The translations under genes and the position numbers were made by a program. Shown here one piece after another: positions 1-9,612 of a stretch of 64,000 nt of DNA. The notes under the pieces are model-generated. The model searched no databases. It was not told the origin of the DNA and saw nothing but the letters and a program-made list of their open reading frames with translations. Each line of letters opens with the position of its first letter. The first letter of the stretch is position 1. Source of the stretch: an uncultured Ruficoccus sp. (GTDB lineage: Bacteria; Verrucomicrobiota; Verrucomicrobiia; Opitutales; Cerasicoccaceae); contig OZ223484.1 of the NCBI GenBank assembly GCA_965140785.1, positions 32,001 to 96,000 of the forward strand. Reading direction: 5' to 3'.

Positions 1-225
1 GAGGATGGCGGTATCTGTTTCTACCCCAAAACGTTCCGGAAAAGGCCGGAACTCCTTGCTAAAACTCGTATTCTGAAAGTTTCTGACTGATATGTGCGAA
101 ATAAGTTCCAGAAAAATTAAATTTTTCCAAAACCAAACCATACTATTTACCCAAGAACCTTAACCATCTGTCTCAGGAAGCCGCATTAGCGGCCTGCCTT
201 GAGTGAGGCCGAACAAGTATATCAC

Positions 226-1107
226 TTAATTCTGCTTAAAATTGACGAAATTTGCCTCATTGTAGCGGATGGCCTGATTGGACCAGTGCCGCATGTCTCG
301 CAGTTCCTCCTCGCTCATGGTGCGGACACTGCCGTCCATCATGGCGGTGACAGCCTTATCGTCGTGCCGCAGATGGACGAAGCCCATGTTGGAGGGGATA
401 TTCTCCGAGTAGCTGCCCCAGCGGATGCCGTCGGGCGAAATGGGCGGATTGGCGATGTAGTAGCCGATATCTTCCCAGTTCTCCGCATACTCACTGAAGG
501 TCGAGACAAACACGATTAACTCGCCGGGCTTATAGGCGACGTCGGGTCGGGTCACACAATAATCGTGCGGATAGGTGGGCGTCCCCACCCGGTCCCGGCG
601 GTCGGCATAGGTGACCGACTCTGGCGAGAGCGTGCTACTGCGGAAGTTGCCGCCGACAAAGGTCATGTTCAGGCCAAAGGACGGCGTCAGACTGACCCCA
701 TACTCGTCGCGGCGCTTATGCAGGTACTGGAAGTAGTCCTGGTGTTCCCCGATGAACAGGCCGCTCGGGCCGTCGCTCATGAGATTGGCCAGTTTCCAGG
801 GCCAGCGCATGGCCGCTTCCTCGCCCGAAGACAGAACGTGCCCGTCGAAGCCCCGGACGCTCTTCCTGGGCTCGGTTCCCTTGCCCCGTGGGAAAAACCC
901 GCCGTTATCCTGCGGATAGAGCAGGAAGGTTGTAACCAACTGCCGGGCGGCGGCACATTCGTTCGTCAGAGCGGCATGGTCCTTAACCTTCACCGTAACG
1001 GCGAAAGCCATGCTGCTGAGCAGCCCGACAACCGCGATAGCGGCTAGTAACTCTATCAGGGACAGGCCGCTGCGGGCCCGTCCAAGTCGTAGCGTATTGT
1101 TCCTCAT
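226..1107 (-). CDS. Prepilin-type N-terminal cleavage/methylation protein (pseudopilin) with H-X9-DG C-terminal motif
   Basis: Class III signal RSG|LSLIELLAAIAVVGLL; C-terminal RHDDKAVTAMMDGSV. Confidence 0.88.
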   Translation of the reverse strand: MRNNTLRLGRARSGLSLIELLAAIAVVGLLSSMAFAVTVKVKDHAALTNECAAARQLVTTFLLYPQDNGGFFPRGKGTEPRKSVRGFDGHVLSSGEEAAMRWPWKLANLMSDGPSGLFIGEHQDYFQYLHKRRDEYGVSLTPSFGLNMTFVGGNFRSSTLSPESVTYADRRDRVGTPTYPHDYCVTRPDVAYKPGELIVFVSTFSEYAENWEDIGYYIANPPISPDGIRWGSYSENIPSNMGFVHLRHDDKAVTAMMDGSVRTMSEEELRDMRHWSNQAIRYNEANFVNFKQN

Positions 1108-1120
1108 GATTCGTAGTCGT

Positions 1121-2461
1121 TTAATTATCCAGTGTGATTTGCAGGCGCATCTGCCGGACGGTTCCCTCCGGCAGGGTGTTGAGGTCGGTCATGTCGGTAA
1201 CAATAACGGTCTGGGTCCCATCTTCGTTGATGGTAGGGGAAATGTCTTCGGTAGTGTAGGTCTGGCCGGAGCCGTCGCCGTTGGAGTTCCAGGTCTCCAT
1301 GTCATTGGAAACCACCACGCGGTACTCCAGATCGGTCGCCACGGGCTGACGGCGGTAGGTCAGGGTCAGGTGCTTGCCGTCCTCGCTGATTCCGGCCTGG
1401 GGGAAGGCCGCCGGATCGCTCATCTCTTCCGGGGTACCGCCAAAGGCGTACTCAAGGAGGTTGATCAAGCCATTCTGGTTCGGGTCGGCATCGGGCTTAC
1501 CGTTGACCTCCGGATCACTGCCGGTGAAGGAGGGCAGGATGATATTATCCTTCCACTTGTCGTAGGTCTGCGGCGCGAAGACGGCCTTGACGTCGAGGTT
1601 GCCGTCGATGGTCGTCACGACGGAGGGGTTGGTCGAGTCCACGTCGCCGGTCCAACGGACGAAAACCCAGCCCGGCTCAGCCACGGCGGTCAGCACCACC
1701 TCGTCGCCCGGCTCGTAGGTGATCCGGGGACCACCGCCCCCGGAGAGCTCGTGCTCAACGGAGCCCACCGCGCCGGTGGCGAAATTCGTGTTGGTCTTCG
1801 GGAAGATGGCGTTGCTCAGCTCAGCCGAGAACCCGTCCCAGGTGTCCAGTGTGGCCCACCACAGGCTCATGCTCTCACTGGTAGAGCCAAACTCGATATA
1901 ATACTCGACCACGTCGTAGGCGCTCAGGTCCCACTCCCAGGCCATGATGCCCTGCCCGTCGTTGCTTGTCAGAAAACCGATATGGGTGTACGCGATCGGG
2001 CCGATCACGGGTCCACCCTCGGTCTCGCGGAGGTAAATGACGGCCTCCTTGTCAGGCAAGCTCCCCACCGTATTGACCTGAAAAACCACCTGGCCGGGAC
2101 TGTAGGCCGGGTCGTCATAGACCAGAAATGACGTGGGTTCGGAAAAGCTGTAGATGCCCCCGGAGCTTTGTATATACCATGCCGTATCGGTCCCGATCTG
2201 TGCCAGCACCGCGTCCCCGTTTGTGCTGTGGCTCTCGGCGGTGGGTGTGTTCACATCCTCGGGAACGGGCGTGTAAAAGGGGTTCTCCCACTCCGTGTAA
2301 GCCTCCTGTAAGCTGTCAAACTGCGCGAACTCACTGTTAGGCAAGCCATCGAAAGCCGGAATAATGTAGTTCTCCCGGAAAAACTGCGTTTCTCCGTACA
2401 GCCCTGTCGCGATCAAAGAGAAAGACAGAACTCCCAGCGCCTGCTTGCCCAACCGATACAT
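1121..2461 (-). CDS. Secreted multidomain surface protein (N-terminal domain related to the neighbouring PEP-CTERM protein; InlB-B-like repeat; DxxxNGLxNLLEYAFG tail)
   Basis: Signal peptide from ATG 2461; repeat-like TYEPGDEVVLTAVAEPGWVFVRWTGD; DPNQNGLINLLEYAFG motif. Confidence 0.75.
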   Translation of the reverse strand: MYRLGKQALGVLSFSLIATGLYGETQFFRENYIIPAFDGLPNSEFAQFDSLQEAYTEWENPFYTPVPEDVNTPTAESHSTNGDAVLAQIGTDTAWYIQSSGGIYSFSEPTSFLVYDDPAYSPGQVVFQVNTVGSLPDKEAVIYLRETEGGPVIGPIAYTHIGFLTSNDGQGIMAWEWDLSAYDVVEYYIEFGSTSESMSLWWATLDTWDGFSAELSNAIFPKTNTNFATGAVGSVEHELSGGGGPRITYEPGDEVVLTAVAEPGWVFVRWTGDVDSTNPSVVTTIDGNLDVKAVFAPQTYDKWKDNIILPSFTGSDPEVNGKPDADPNQNGLINLLEYAFGGTPEEMSDPAAFPQAGISEDGKHLTLTYRRQPVATDLEYRVVVSNDMETWNSNGDGSGQTYTTEDISPTINEDGTQTVIVTDMTDLNTLPEGTVRQMRLQITLDN

Positions 2462-2486
2462 TTTTTTTGAAAAAATCTCTTGCATT

Positions 2487-2531
2487 TGAAACTCAGTCTC
2501 AGTTTTATGCGTCTATTGTTATCGAGTCTCA
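2487..2531. promoter_or_regulatory. Fur-box-like 7-1-7 inverted repeat(s) in a divergent promoter
   Basis: TGAAACT-C-AGTCTCA at 2487-2501; weaker TGTTATC-G-AGTCTCA at 2517-2531; same motif upstream of hemS. Confidence 0.6.
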
Positions 2532-2554
2532 TTACCACAGTCAACAACGAACCT

Positions 2555-3256
2555 ATGAAAACTACGCAACTTATCGCCCTGACCGCCGCTTTGCTCGCGC
2601 CGGCTCTTTCGCACGCCGATTTTATGGCCTTCAATCTGGGCAGCCTGACCGAATCCGGAACATGGACTGACCTGAGCAATGCCAATTACACCAGCGGTGA
2701 CGGCTACCCCGGCAACTTCCCCGGCGGTTCCTCCTGGACGACGCCCATCACAGCCAGTGGCCTGGATGCCGATCTCGACATGGTCTCCGGCCAATCGTGG
2801 TTCAGCAGCTCCAGCTATATCTATAATTTCTCCGCCTCGAGCTACACGATCAGCACCACTACGCCGATCACCGGCCTGGAAACGCTCGTGCTCCAGCTAG
2901 AGAACAACGAAGGCTTCAGCAGCATCACACTGAACTATAACGGGGGCACCCAGGAGCTGGCCGCCAGCTACATCGGAACCTACACCGGTACCCATAGCTC
3001 CAGTGGTCCGGAAGGCACCAGCTATAGCAACGTAGATGTCTATCAGTGGGACCTCTCGAGCGTGGTCGGCAGCATCACCGACTATACGATCAACCTGACC
3101 ACCAACGACCACACCGTCTTGTACGGCATCAGCCTGAGCGAGGGGAACACCTACTCCACCATCGCCGTTCCCGAGCCCTCGACCTATGCCGCCCTGGCCG
3201 GTCTAGGCATTCTCGGGTTCGTGCTGCTGCGCCGCCGCAAGCTTTCCCAGAAGTAA
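2555..3256 (+). CDS. PEP-CTERM sorting domain protein (Ser/Thr/Tyr-rich)
   Basis: Signal peptide MKTTQLIALTAALLAPALSHA; C-terminal VPEPSTYAALAGLGILGFVLLRRRK. Confidence 0.93.
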   Translation: MKTTQLIALTAALLAPALSHADFMAFNLGSLTESGTWTDLSNANYTSGDGYPGNFPGGSSWTTPITASGLDADLDMVSGQSWFSSSSYIYNFSASSYTISTTTPITGLETLVLQLENNEGFSSITLNYNGGTQELAASYIGTYTGTHSSSGPEGTSYSNVDVYQWDLSSVVGSITDYTINLTTNDHTVLYGISLSEGNTYSTIAVPEPSTYAALAGLGILGFVLLRRRKLSQK

Positions 3257-3291
3257 AGTCATACAGTCATAGATCCCTCATAAGAAACCTG

Positions 3292-3322
3292 AAGGCCGGT
3301 CGTTCGCGACCGGCCTTTTCTT
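3292..3322 (+). terminator. Rho-independent terminator
   Basis: AAGGCCGGTCG-TTCG-CGACCGGCCTT followed by TTCTT. Confidence 0.85.
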
Positions 3323-3400
3323 GTCTCGGGGAACAAAGCTCGGCGACGGTGCAGGGCGCACTTTCCCCTACCCTGGTTATCTATAAAAAAAGAAAAGGAT

Positions 3401-3427
3401 CTCACACGGAGGCACGGGGGCACGGAG
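3401..3427. repeat. Short REP-like repeat with 9-bp period (CACGGAGG type)
   Basis: CTCACACGGAGGCACGGGGGCACGGAG; near-identical inverted copy at 54985-55005. Confidence 0.55.
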
Positions 3428-3508
3428 TGGACTCCTAATACCGTTTTCAAGCAGTATCGATGAAGAGATGGCCCGCGAAGTCACGCGACAAGACTCCCCC
3501 CCGGCCAC

Positions 3509-3541
3509 AAAAAACCGCGGGCCGTTGCGGACCCGCGGTTT
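3509..3541 (-). terminator. Rho-independent terminator of hemS
   Basis: Minus strand AAACCGCGGGTCCGCAACGGCCCGCGGTTTTTT. Confidence 0.8.
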
Positions 3542-3573
3542 GCACAGTAAAGATCAGGGAGGCTGATCAAATA

Positions 3574-4647
3574 TTACCCAATGGCCTTGAGGAGTTCGCG
3601 CCAGCTCTCCAGTTCGGGGCTGCCGGGCTTACGCTCGCCGAAGAACTGGACGATGACCTCGCCGTCCTTGTCGAAGACTTCCAGGGAGTTGACTTCGCCG
3701 TCGGCGGTGGGCTTGCGGACGAGCCAGCAGGAGGCGATGCCGGACTCCTTCAGGTGCAGGTTAAAGCCCGGATCGAGCACGTTGTACCAGTCCTGATACT
3801 CCATCACCTTCTTGACCGGGCCGGTGTGGATCTGGATGCAGTGGTCGTTGCCGACAAAGACCATGATCGAGTTCTGGCGTTCGCTGGCCAGGTCGAGCAC
3901 TTTGCGGGCGGCGTTGTTGTCCACCTTCTGCGTAAAGCTGCCCTCGGCCAGGCGCAGGGCCTGCTCGCGGCCGACACGGTGCTTCATCAGCAGGGGGAAA
4001 AAGTCGTGCGTGTCCTTGAGGTTCTTCCAGCCCTCGAGCAGGCTTTCCTTGTCGATCTCGGCGTCCGGGCGGTCTTCCTTGCGCGGGGCCGGGGCCTCCA
4101 CGCTGGCGCCCTGCGACTGGTCCTCGGAGCGGTACTGCTCCACGATCTGGTGGAACGGCTCGATGCCCTCGTCGCTTTTAACGTAAATCTTGTGGATGGC
4201 CGTCCCGGTCGGGTCGAAAATCTGGAGCGAACGGCTGTGCCCGCCGGGGATGGAGAGGTCCTCGACCGCGAAGGCGTGCTGCCAGCCGGCCATGAAAAGC
4301 CGCAGGTCAATGTCCTTGCCGGTGGTCAGGCCGACCTTGCCGCCGTGCACAAGCGGGTGGATCTGCTCGTATTCGCCGGTCTTCTCATGCACGCAGTTGT
4401 CGTTGCGGGTGAGGACCATGACCTTGCCCAGGCTCTTCCAGGCTTGCATGAACGGCTCCCAGTCCTTCACCTCCAGGCGCGTCACGGTGTCTCCGCACTG
4501 GGTGGCCAGCAGTTCCATCTCGCTCACGCCGAGTTCTTCAGCCGCGTTGCGGATCCGCAGTTTGGGATTGGCCTCCAGCAGCTCCGCCCAGCGGGCTTTA
4601 AGTTCCTGGGGCGACGAAGTAGCGTCGGTAATGGTCGTATTCATCAT
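3574..4647 (-). CDS. hemS: Hemin-degrading/transport factor HemS/ChuS/HmuS
   Basis: LRIRNAAEELGVSEMEL, TRNDNCVHEKTG, IQIHTGPV, QFFGERKPG; duplicated ChuX/HemS domain; start ATG 4647 or 4644. Confidence 0.95.
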   Translation of the reverse strand: MMNTTITDATSSPQELKARWAELLEANPKLRIRNAAEELGVSEMELLATQCGDTVTRLEVKDWEPFMQAWKSLGKVMVLTRNDNCVHEKTGEYEQIHPLVHGGKVGLTTGKDIDLRLFMAGWQHAFAVEDLSIPGGHSRSLQIFDPTGTAIHKIYVKSDEGIEPFHQIVEQYRSEDQSQGASVEAPAPRKEDRPDAEIDKESLLEGWKNLKDTHDFFPLLMKHRVGREQALRLAEGSFTQKVDNNAARKVLDLASERQNSIMVFVGNDHCIQIHTGPVKKVMEYQDWYNVLDPGFNLHLKESGIASCWLVRKPTADGEVNSLEVFDKDGEVIVQFFGERKPGSPELESWRELLKAIG

Positions 4648-4663
4648 AGCTTTTTTATAAGTT

Positions 4664-4678
4664 TGAGATTGAGTCACA
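4664..4678. promoter_or_regulatory. Fur-box-like site between the divergent hemS and hmuT
   Basis: TGAGATT-G-AGTCACA, a 7-1-7 imperfect palindrome. Confidence 0.6.
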
Positions 4679-4718
4679 AATACATGTCCTTTTAGCTGTC
4701 AGGTCAACACCGGAAACC

Positions 4719-5690
4719 GTGAAAAAGCCTTATCCATTCCTCCTCCAGCATCTCGGCCTCCTGGCCACGCTGCTCATCGCCCCCGCTCTGCACGCGGAAA
4801 ACTCGGCCGCCCCCGCCGTCTGCCCCATCACCGGCAAGACCGGCCCCATGCCCGCCGGCCATCCCGGCGCTGCCAGCCACCAGGCCGAGGCTCCGCAGGA
4901 GAAGGAGCGCATCATCACCATCGGCGGCGCCCCCACGGAGATTGTCTTCGCACTGGGCCGGGGGGATGAAGTTGTCGCCGACGACCTCTCCAGCACTTAC
5001 CCGCCCGAGGCGGCCCGCCTGCCCAAGGTCGGCTACATCCGGCAGATTTCGCCCGAGGGCGTGCTGTCGATGAATCCGGATCTGGTCGTGACGAGTGAGT
5101 CGCTCGGCCCGCCCCCAGCCAAGCAGGCCATGAAGCGCGTCTCCATCCCCGTCGTCTGGTGCCCGGAACCGGAGAGCCCGGAAGCCCTTTACGCTTCCCT
5201 TGAAAAGGTCGGCCAGGCCCTCGACCGCGAGGAGAATGCCGCCGCCCTGATTGCTGATATCAAAAAGCAGCTGGCCGACGTCCAGGCCGCGACCGCCGCG
5301 TGGGAAACCCAGCCGCGGGTCATCTTTTTCATGCGTCCCCCCTCCATGGACCGCCCCGGCATGGTCGCTGGAGCCAACACCCGGGCCGACGCGCTCATCG
5401 TGCTGGCCGGCGGGCAAAATGCCGCCACCGGGGTCAAGGGCTACCAGCCCTACGCGCTGGAGTCGCTCATTGCCGCTCAGCCGGACGTGATCCTGCTCGG
5501 CACCGGTATGGGCCACGGAGCCGGCCCCGGCGATGCCGATTACCTGCTGGGGCTCGATGAGCTGAGTCAGGTCCCCGCCGTGCAAAACGGACGTGTCGTC
5601 GCCGTGCCGATGGACGACCTCAGCTTCGGCCCCCGCCTCGGCGAGGCCGCCGCCCGCTGGTCCGAAACGATCTCGCCCGCCGACAGCTGA
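4719..5690 (+). CDS. hmuT: Heme ABC transporter periplasmic binding protein
   Basis: RIITIGGAPTEIVFALG, DLSSTYP, VGYIRQISPEGVLSMNPD (Tyr heme-ligand motif), LSFGPR. Confidence 0.9.
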   Translation: MKKPYPFLLQHLGLLATLLIAPALHAENSAAPAVCPITGKTGPMPAGHPGAASHQAEAPQEKERIITIGGAPTEIVFALGRGDEVVADDLSSTYPPEAARLPKVGYIRQISPEGVLSMNPDLVVTSESLGPPPAKQAMKRVSIPVVWCPEPESPEALYASLEKVGQALDREENAAALIADIKKQLADVQAATAAWETQPRVIFFMRPPSMDRPGMVAGANTRADALIVLAGGQNAATGVKGYQPYALESLIAAQPDVILLGTGMGHGAGPGDADYLLGLDELSQVPAVQNGRVVAVPMDDLSFGPRLGEAAARWSETISPADS

Positions 5691-5843
5691 TAAGCGCTGG
5701 CGACAGGAGGTGTTTTTAGGACTCCGCCCGGAATCCTTTCTTGTTACGTACGCGCGAACTGCCTTAACTGACACCTTGAACTCAAGCCGCTGCGCGGCGC
5801 CTTCCGCCCGGAAGCGCCCCGCTGGCCGTTCCCGCACCCGAGG

Positions 5844-6903
5844 ATGAATCCCGCCCGTTCCCAAACTGTTAAAACGCTGCTGCTCGTTCTGCTCGGCCTC
5901 TTCACTGTAGCCATCTCGCTGCTCAGCCTGAATGTCGGCACGGTCGAGCTGGAAACAAGCGAAACCGCCCACGTCCTCGCCTACCGCCTCGGTCTGGACG
6001 CGGAAAAACCCTCCATCCTGGCCGACACCGTGGTCTGGGATCTGCGCCTGCCGCGCATTGTGCTCGGGCTGGCCGTGGGCGCGGGCATCTCGCTGGCCGG
6101 CGCGGCCATGCAGGGACTTTTTCGTAACCCACTGGCCGATCCGGGCATCATCGGCGTCTCCAGCGGTGCCGCCACCGGCGGTGTGCTGGCAATCCTTTTC
6201 GGGGGGGTTAATGTTCCAATCCGTCCCCTTCTTCACCCAGTACGCGCTGCCGATCTGCGCCATGGTCGGCGGGGTGGTCGCAACCTTTCTCATTTACCGG
6301 CTCTCCAGTATCGGGGGGCGCACCCACATCGCCACCATGCTGCTGACCGGGATCGCGGTCAACGCCATCTCCGCCGCGCTAATCGGCTTCATCGTCACGC
6401 GTTTCGCCGACGATGCGCAGATCCGCTCCATCACCTTCTGGACGCTGGGCAGCCTGGCCGGAGCCAACTGGCACAGCGCCATCCTCGCCACCGTGCTGAC
6501 CGTCCTCGGCGGCGTCTGGGTGCTCAGCCAGTGGCGCGCGCTCAACGCCTTCCTCCTGGGCGAGGCCGAAGCCTTCCAACTCGGTATCTCCGTCCAACTG
6601 GTTAAGCGCGGCCTGATCTTCGTCACCGCGGCCATGGTCGGCGTGACCGTCGCCGCCTGCGGCATCATCGGCTTTGTCGGGCTGGTCGTCCCGCACATGA
6701 TCCGGCTCAGCCTCGGCCCCGACCACCGCTGGCTGCTGCCCGGATCGGCCATCCTCGGGGGCGCGGTCATGGTCGGCGCCGACCTGGGCGCCCGCACCCT
6801 TGTCGCCCCGGCCGAGCTCCAGATCGGCATCCTCACCGCGCTGATCGGCGGCCCGTTCTTCCTCGGGCTGCTGTTGTCGGCCAAACGCAAACTCTCGATC
6901 TGA
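5844..6903 (+). CDS. hmuU: Heme/iron-chelate ABC permease (FecCD family), split by a +1 frameshift at a G7 tract
   Basis: LRLPR and MQGLFRNPLADPGIIGVSSGA in one frame; FWTLGSL and GIIGFVGLVVPH in another; removing one G at 6201-6207 joins them. Confidence 0.9.
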
Positions 6904-6907
6904 CGCC

Positions 6908-7694
6908 ATGCTGGAGGCCCGCCAACTGACCTTTTCCTACGGCAAGCACCCCGTGCTCGACGGGGTCTCGCTCAAGCTCGTGCCCGGCAAGCTCGTCGCC
7001 CTCCTCGGCACCAACGGCGCGGGCAAGTCCACCCTGCTCAAGCTCCTCACCGGCGAGCTTCACGCCTCCGCCGGCGATGTCACCCTGGAGGATAAACCGC
7101 TGCGCACCTGGCACGCCCGCGAGCTGGCCCAGGCCCGGGCCGTCCTCCCGCAGGAGCCCCGGCTGGCTTTTAATTTCACCGTACGCGACGTTGTCCTGAT
7201 GGGGCGCACGCCGCACGTCCAGCGCGGCGAGACTTACCGCGACCGCGAGATCTGCCAGCTCGCCCTTCGCCGCGTGGATCTGCAGGACTTTGAACACCGC
7301 TACTACCTGGAGCTCTCCGGCGGCGAACGCCAGCGCGTCCACCTGGCCCGCGTCCTGGCCCAGATCTGGGAACCGCTGGAGCAAAGACCGCGCTACCTGC
7401 TGATGGACGAGCCGGTGGCCGGGCTCGACCTGGCACACCAGCACGGCACCCTGCGCATCGCCCGCGAATTGGCCGCCGAGGGCGTCGGCGTGCTCGCTAT
7501 TCTCCACGACATCAACCTCGCCCTCGCCTACGCCGACGAAACCGTTCTGATCAGCGGCGGCTGTGTCGCTGCCGACGGCCCGACCGCCGAGGTCCTGACC
7601 GAGGAGCGCGTGGAGGATGTCCTTCGATGTCCGCGCCATCCTCCACCCCAATGCCAGCGGCGCCCCCTTCATGCAGACCCTCCCCCGCGCCTGA
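6908..7694 (+). CDS. hmuV: Heme ABC transporter ATP-binding protein (apparent +1 near 7621 alters the C-terminus)
   Basis: GTNGAGKST, LSGGERQRVHLARVLAQ, LLMDEP; deleting one C at 7621-7622 gives DVFDVRAILHP...RA* ending at 7694. Confidence 0.9.
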
Positions 7695-7787
7695 GATTTT
7701 AAGCTTTTGCCCGTGGAAAAGACGTTGACAGCGCCGCCCCGGGCCGGTTGTTTAGCCGCTTACTGACCGCAACCCGGTTGCTGGTTT

Positions 7788-7878
<91 letters not shown>

Positions 7879-8355
7879 CAAACGCTCGGCGTTTGATCCG
7901 ATTGAGGGGCTCCCCCCCTACGGTGTTGCGCACCTACCCCTCGTGGTTTCGATGGCATAGGAAAAGTTCGCATTCTCTTCCCCCGCGCCCCGCCATTTGG
8001 GCCGAAAGTCGAGCTTTCACCCGAACTTGCTTAAGAATCTGGTATCAGGCCGCTAGTGATAAACGTAGGCTGTACCAAAATAGAGCGAAGTTCGTATTTT
8101 GAACACTGTGCAGGGGTTTCCGCTGGAGAGGTGGTCGTTGGTCGGGTCGAACTTTTTGATGCCAATGCCCTTCAGGATGAGGGCGTCGCACATCCTTCTG
8201 ATCTCCGTCAAAGGTGTCCTTGAAGCGCCTCAAGCGCTCGGCAATGACCGGATGATGTTTTCCAGCTACGATTACAACCCAAGCCCGTCACACGGCATCC
8301 CTATGTGAACCTTTCGCCGAAAGATAGCTGTCAAATGGTCACTTCAACTGCGACT

Positions 8356-8967
8356 CTATTCGAGGTAGTTGATAACGCAGCCATCGGGCTCGGTCTTTGC
8401 TTGCGAGACAGGCGTTCCCGCCTTGGCTTCGGCAATGGCGAGGTTGACGTAGTTTGTGATCTCTTTGATGTCAGCCGAAGCAGTTGACCGAGTGCTATCG
8501 AACGCTCCACGGTAGAAAACCTTTCCTTTGGGATCGATGATAAGTATCTCCGGTGTGAGTGTTGCTCCGTACGCCTTGCCCACTGCACCGGTTGGATCAA
8601 GCAGGATTTCGGTGGCATCCGAACCGTGTTCCGCCGCGGCTTTAAGCGCCTCTTCCTGGGGCGTGTAGCCTGGTTCCCGGGGCACAGACGAGAGAATGCT
8701 CAGCCAGACGACACCCTCAGCCGTCTGCTTCTTCTGGGCAGCCTGCATATTTCCGCTGTCATAGTTCTTTTGTACCTGAGGGCAGGAGTAATTCAGCCAC
8801 TCAAGCACAATGTACATGCCGTCATAGTTCGACAGTTTGTGCGAATTTCCATCCGCACCCTGCAAGGTGAAGGCAGGAGCTTTGTCGCCCGGTTCGATGC
8901 CAGCTGTAGCGCTCATGGTGGCGACGAGGAGACTGGTAAGTATCAGAAAATAAGTATGTTTGTTCAC
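8356..8967 (-). CDS. Secreted redoxin (AhpC/TSA thioredoxin-fold) protein
   Basis: GDKAPAFTL, VLEWLNYSCPQV, YGATLTPE, YRGAFD, GC near the C-terminus. Confidence 0.85.
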   Translation of the reverse strand: MNKHTYFLILTSLLVATMSATAGIEPGDKAPAFTLQGADGNSHKLSNYDGMYIVLEWLNYSCPQVQKNYDSGNMQAAQKKQTAEGVVWLSILSSVPREPGYTPQEEALKAAAEHGSDATEILLDPTGAVGKAYGATLTPEILIIDPKGKVFYRGAFDSTRSTASADIKEITNYVNLAIAEAKAGTPVSQAKTEPDGCVINYLE

Positions 8968-9029
8968 CGTGCAAGATGTGTGGTTGCCTGAATCTGGACC
9001 GAACCCGGTCTGGACTCAGAGTATGAAGA

Positions 9030-9250
9030 AAAAGAGAACGATAGAGTATTTGCGCATGGCGAGCCACATTCGTGAGGGCGCTCCTGCGCGACACGGTAGA
9101 GCACTGTACGCCAGGCATTGTCGAGGTTTTCCACTTCGGCAAAGGCCGTGAAGCGGATGCTCAATCCCTTGCTCCCCGCCAAGCCCTTAATGAAGGAACG
9201 CAGGGCCGGGATCAACCCGAGGTCGTCGAGCATCGCCGATCGTAAGTACG
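9030..9250 (-). pseudogene. Remnant of a NarX/HisKA_3-type sensor histidine kinase
   Basis: LRSAMLDDLGLIPALRSF...LYRVAQE then, in a shifted frame, ALTNVARHA (N-box); no H-box or G-boxes; boundaries approximate. Confidence 0.75.
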
Positions 9251-9612
9251 GCACCAGTGCGCACTGATAGCGTTTCAGGTAGAATGTTCGAGTGTTGGGG
9301 GACATCGTCGGGGGGAGAGTGAATTCCCACCGAGTGGCAGGTCGTCTGTAGCTTTCGCCTGAAGCAACATACGAGACGTCCTTGTCGTTAGCGAGTCCGT
9401 ATTTACGGGGGGGTGAAGACCTACCCGGTGGTATCGCTCATGGGTTAAAGCGGCGACAGGGCGGCGCTTGCCGGGTTGTCCACATCGTGGGGAGAAGAAG
9501 CTGTGGTCATGCCCTCCCTACATGGTTTGCAGAGCCCGTGGAAGCAAAGATCGAAGTGCCGCCAGGGAAGCGGATTCGACCTTACTTTTTTGAGTACCCG
9601 AAAGCGTAACAG

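Noticed and set aside
1010..6293. Long opposite-strand ORFs 1010-2131 (+), 3460-4695 (+) and 4704-6293 (-)
   Set aside because: Antisense shadows of well-supported genes in GC-rich DNA; no motifs.
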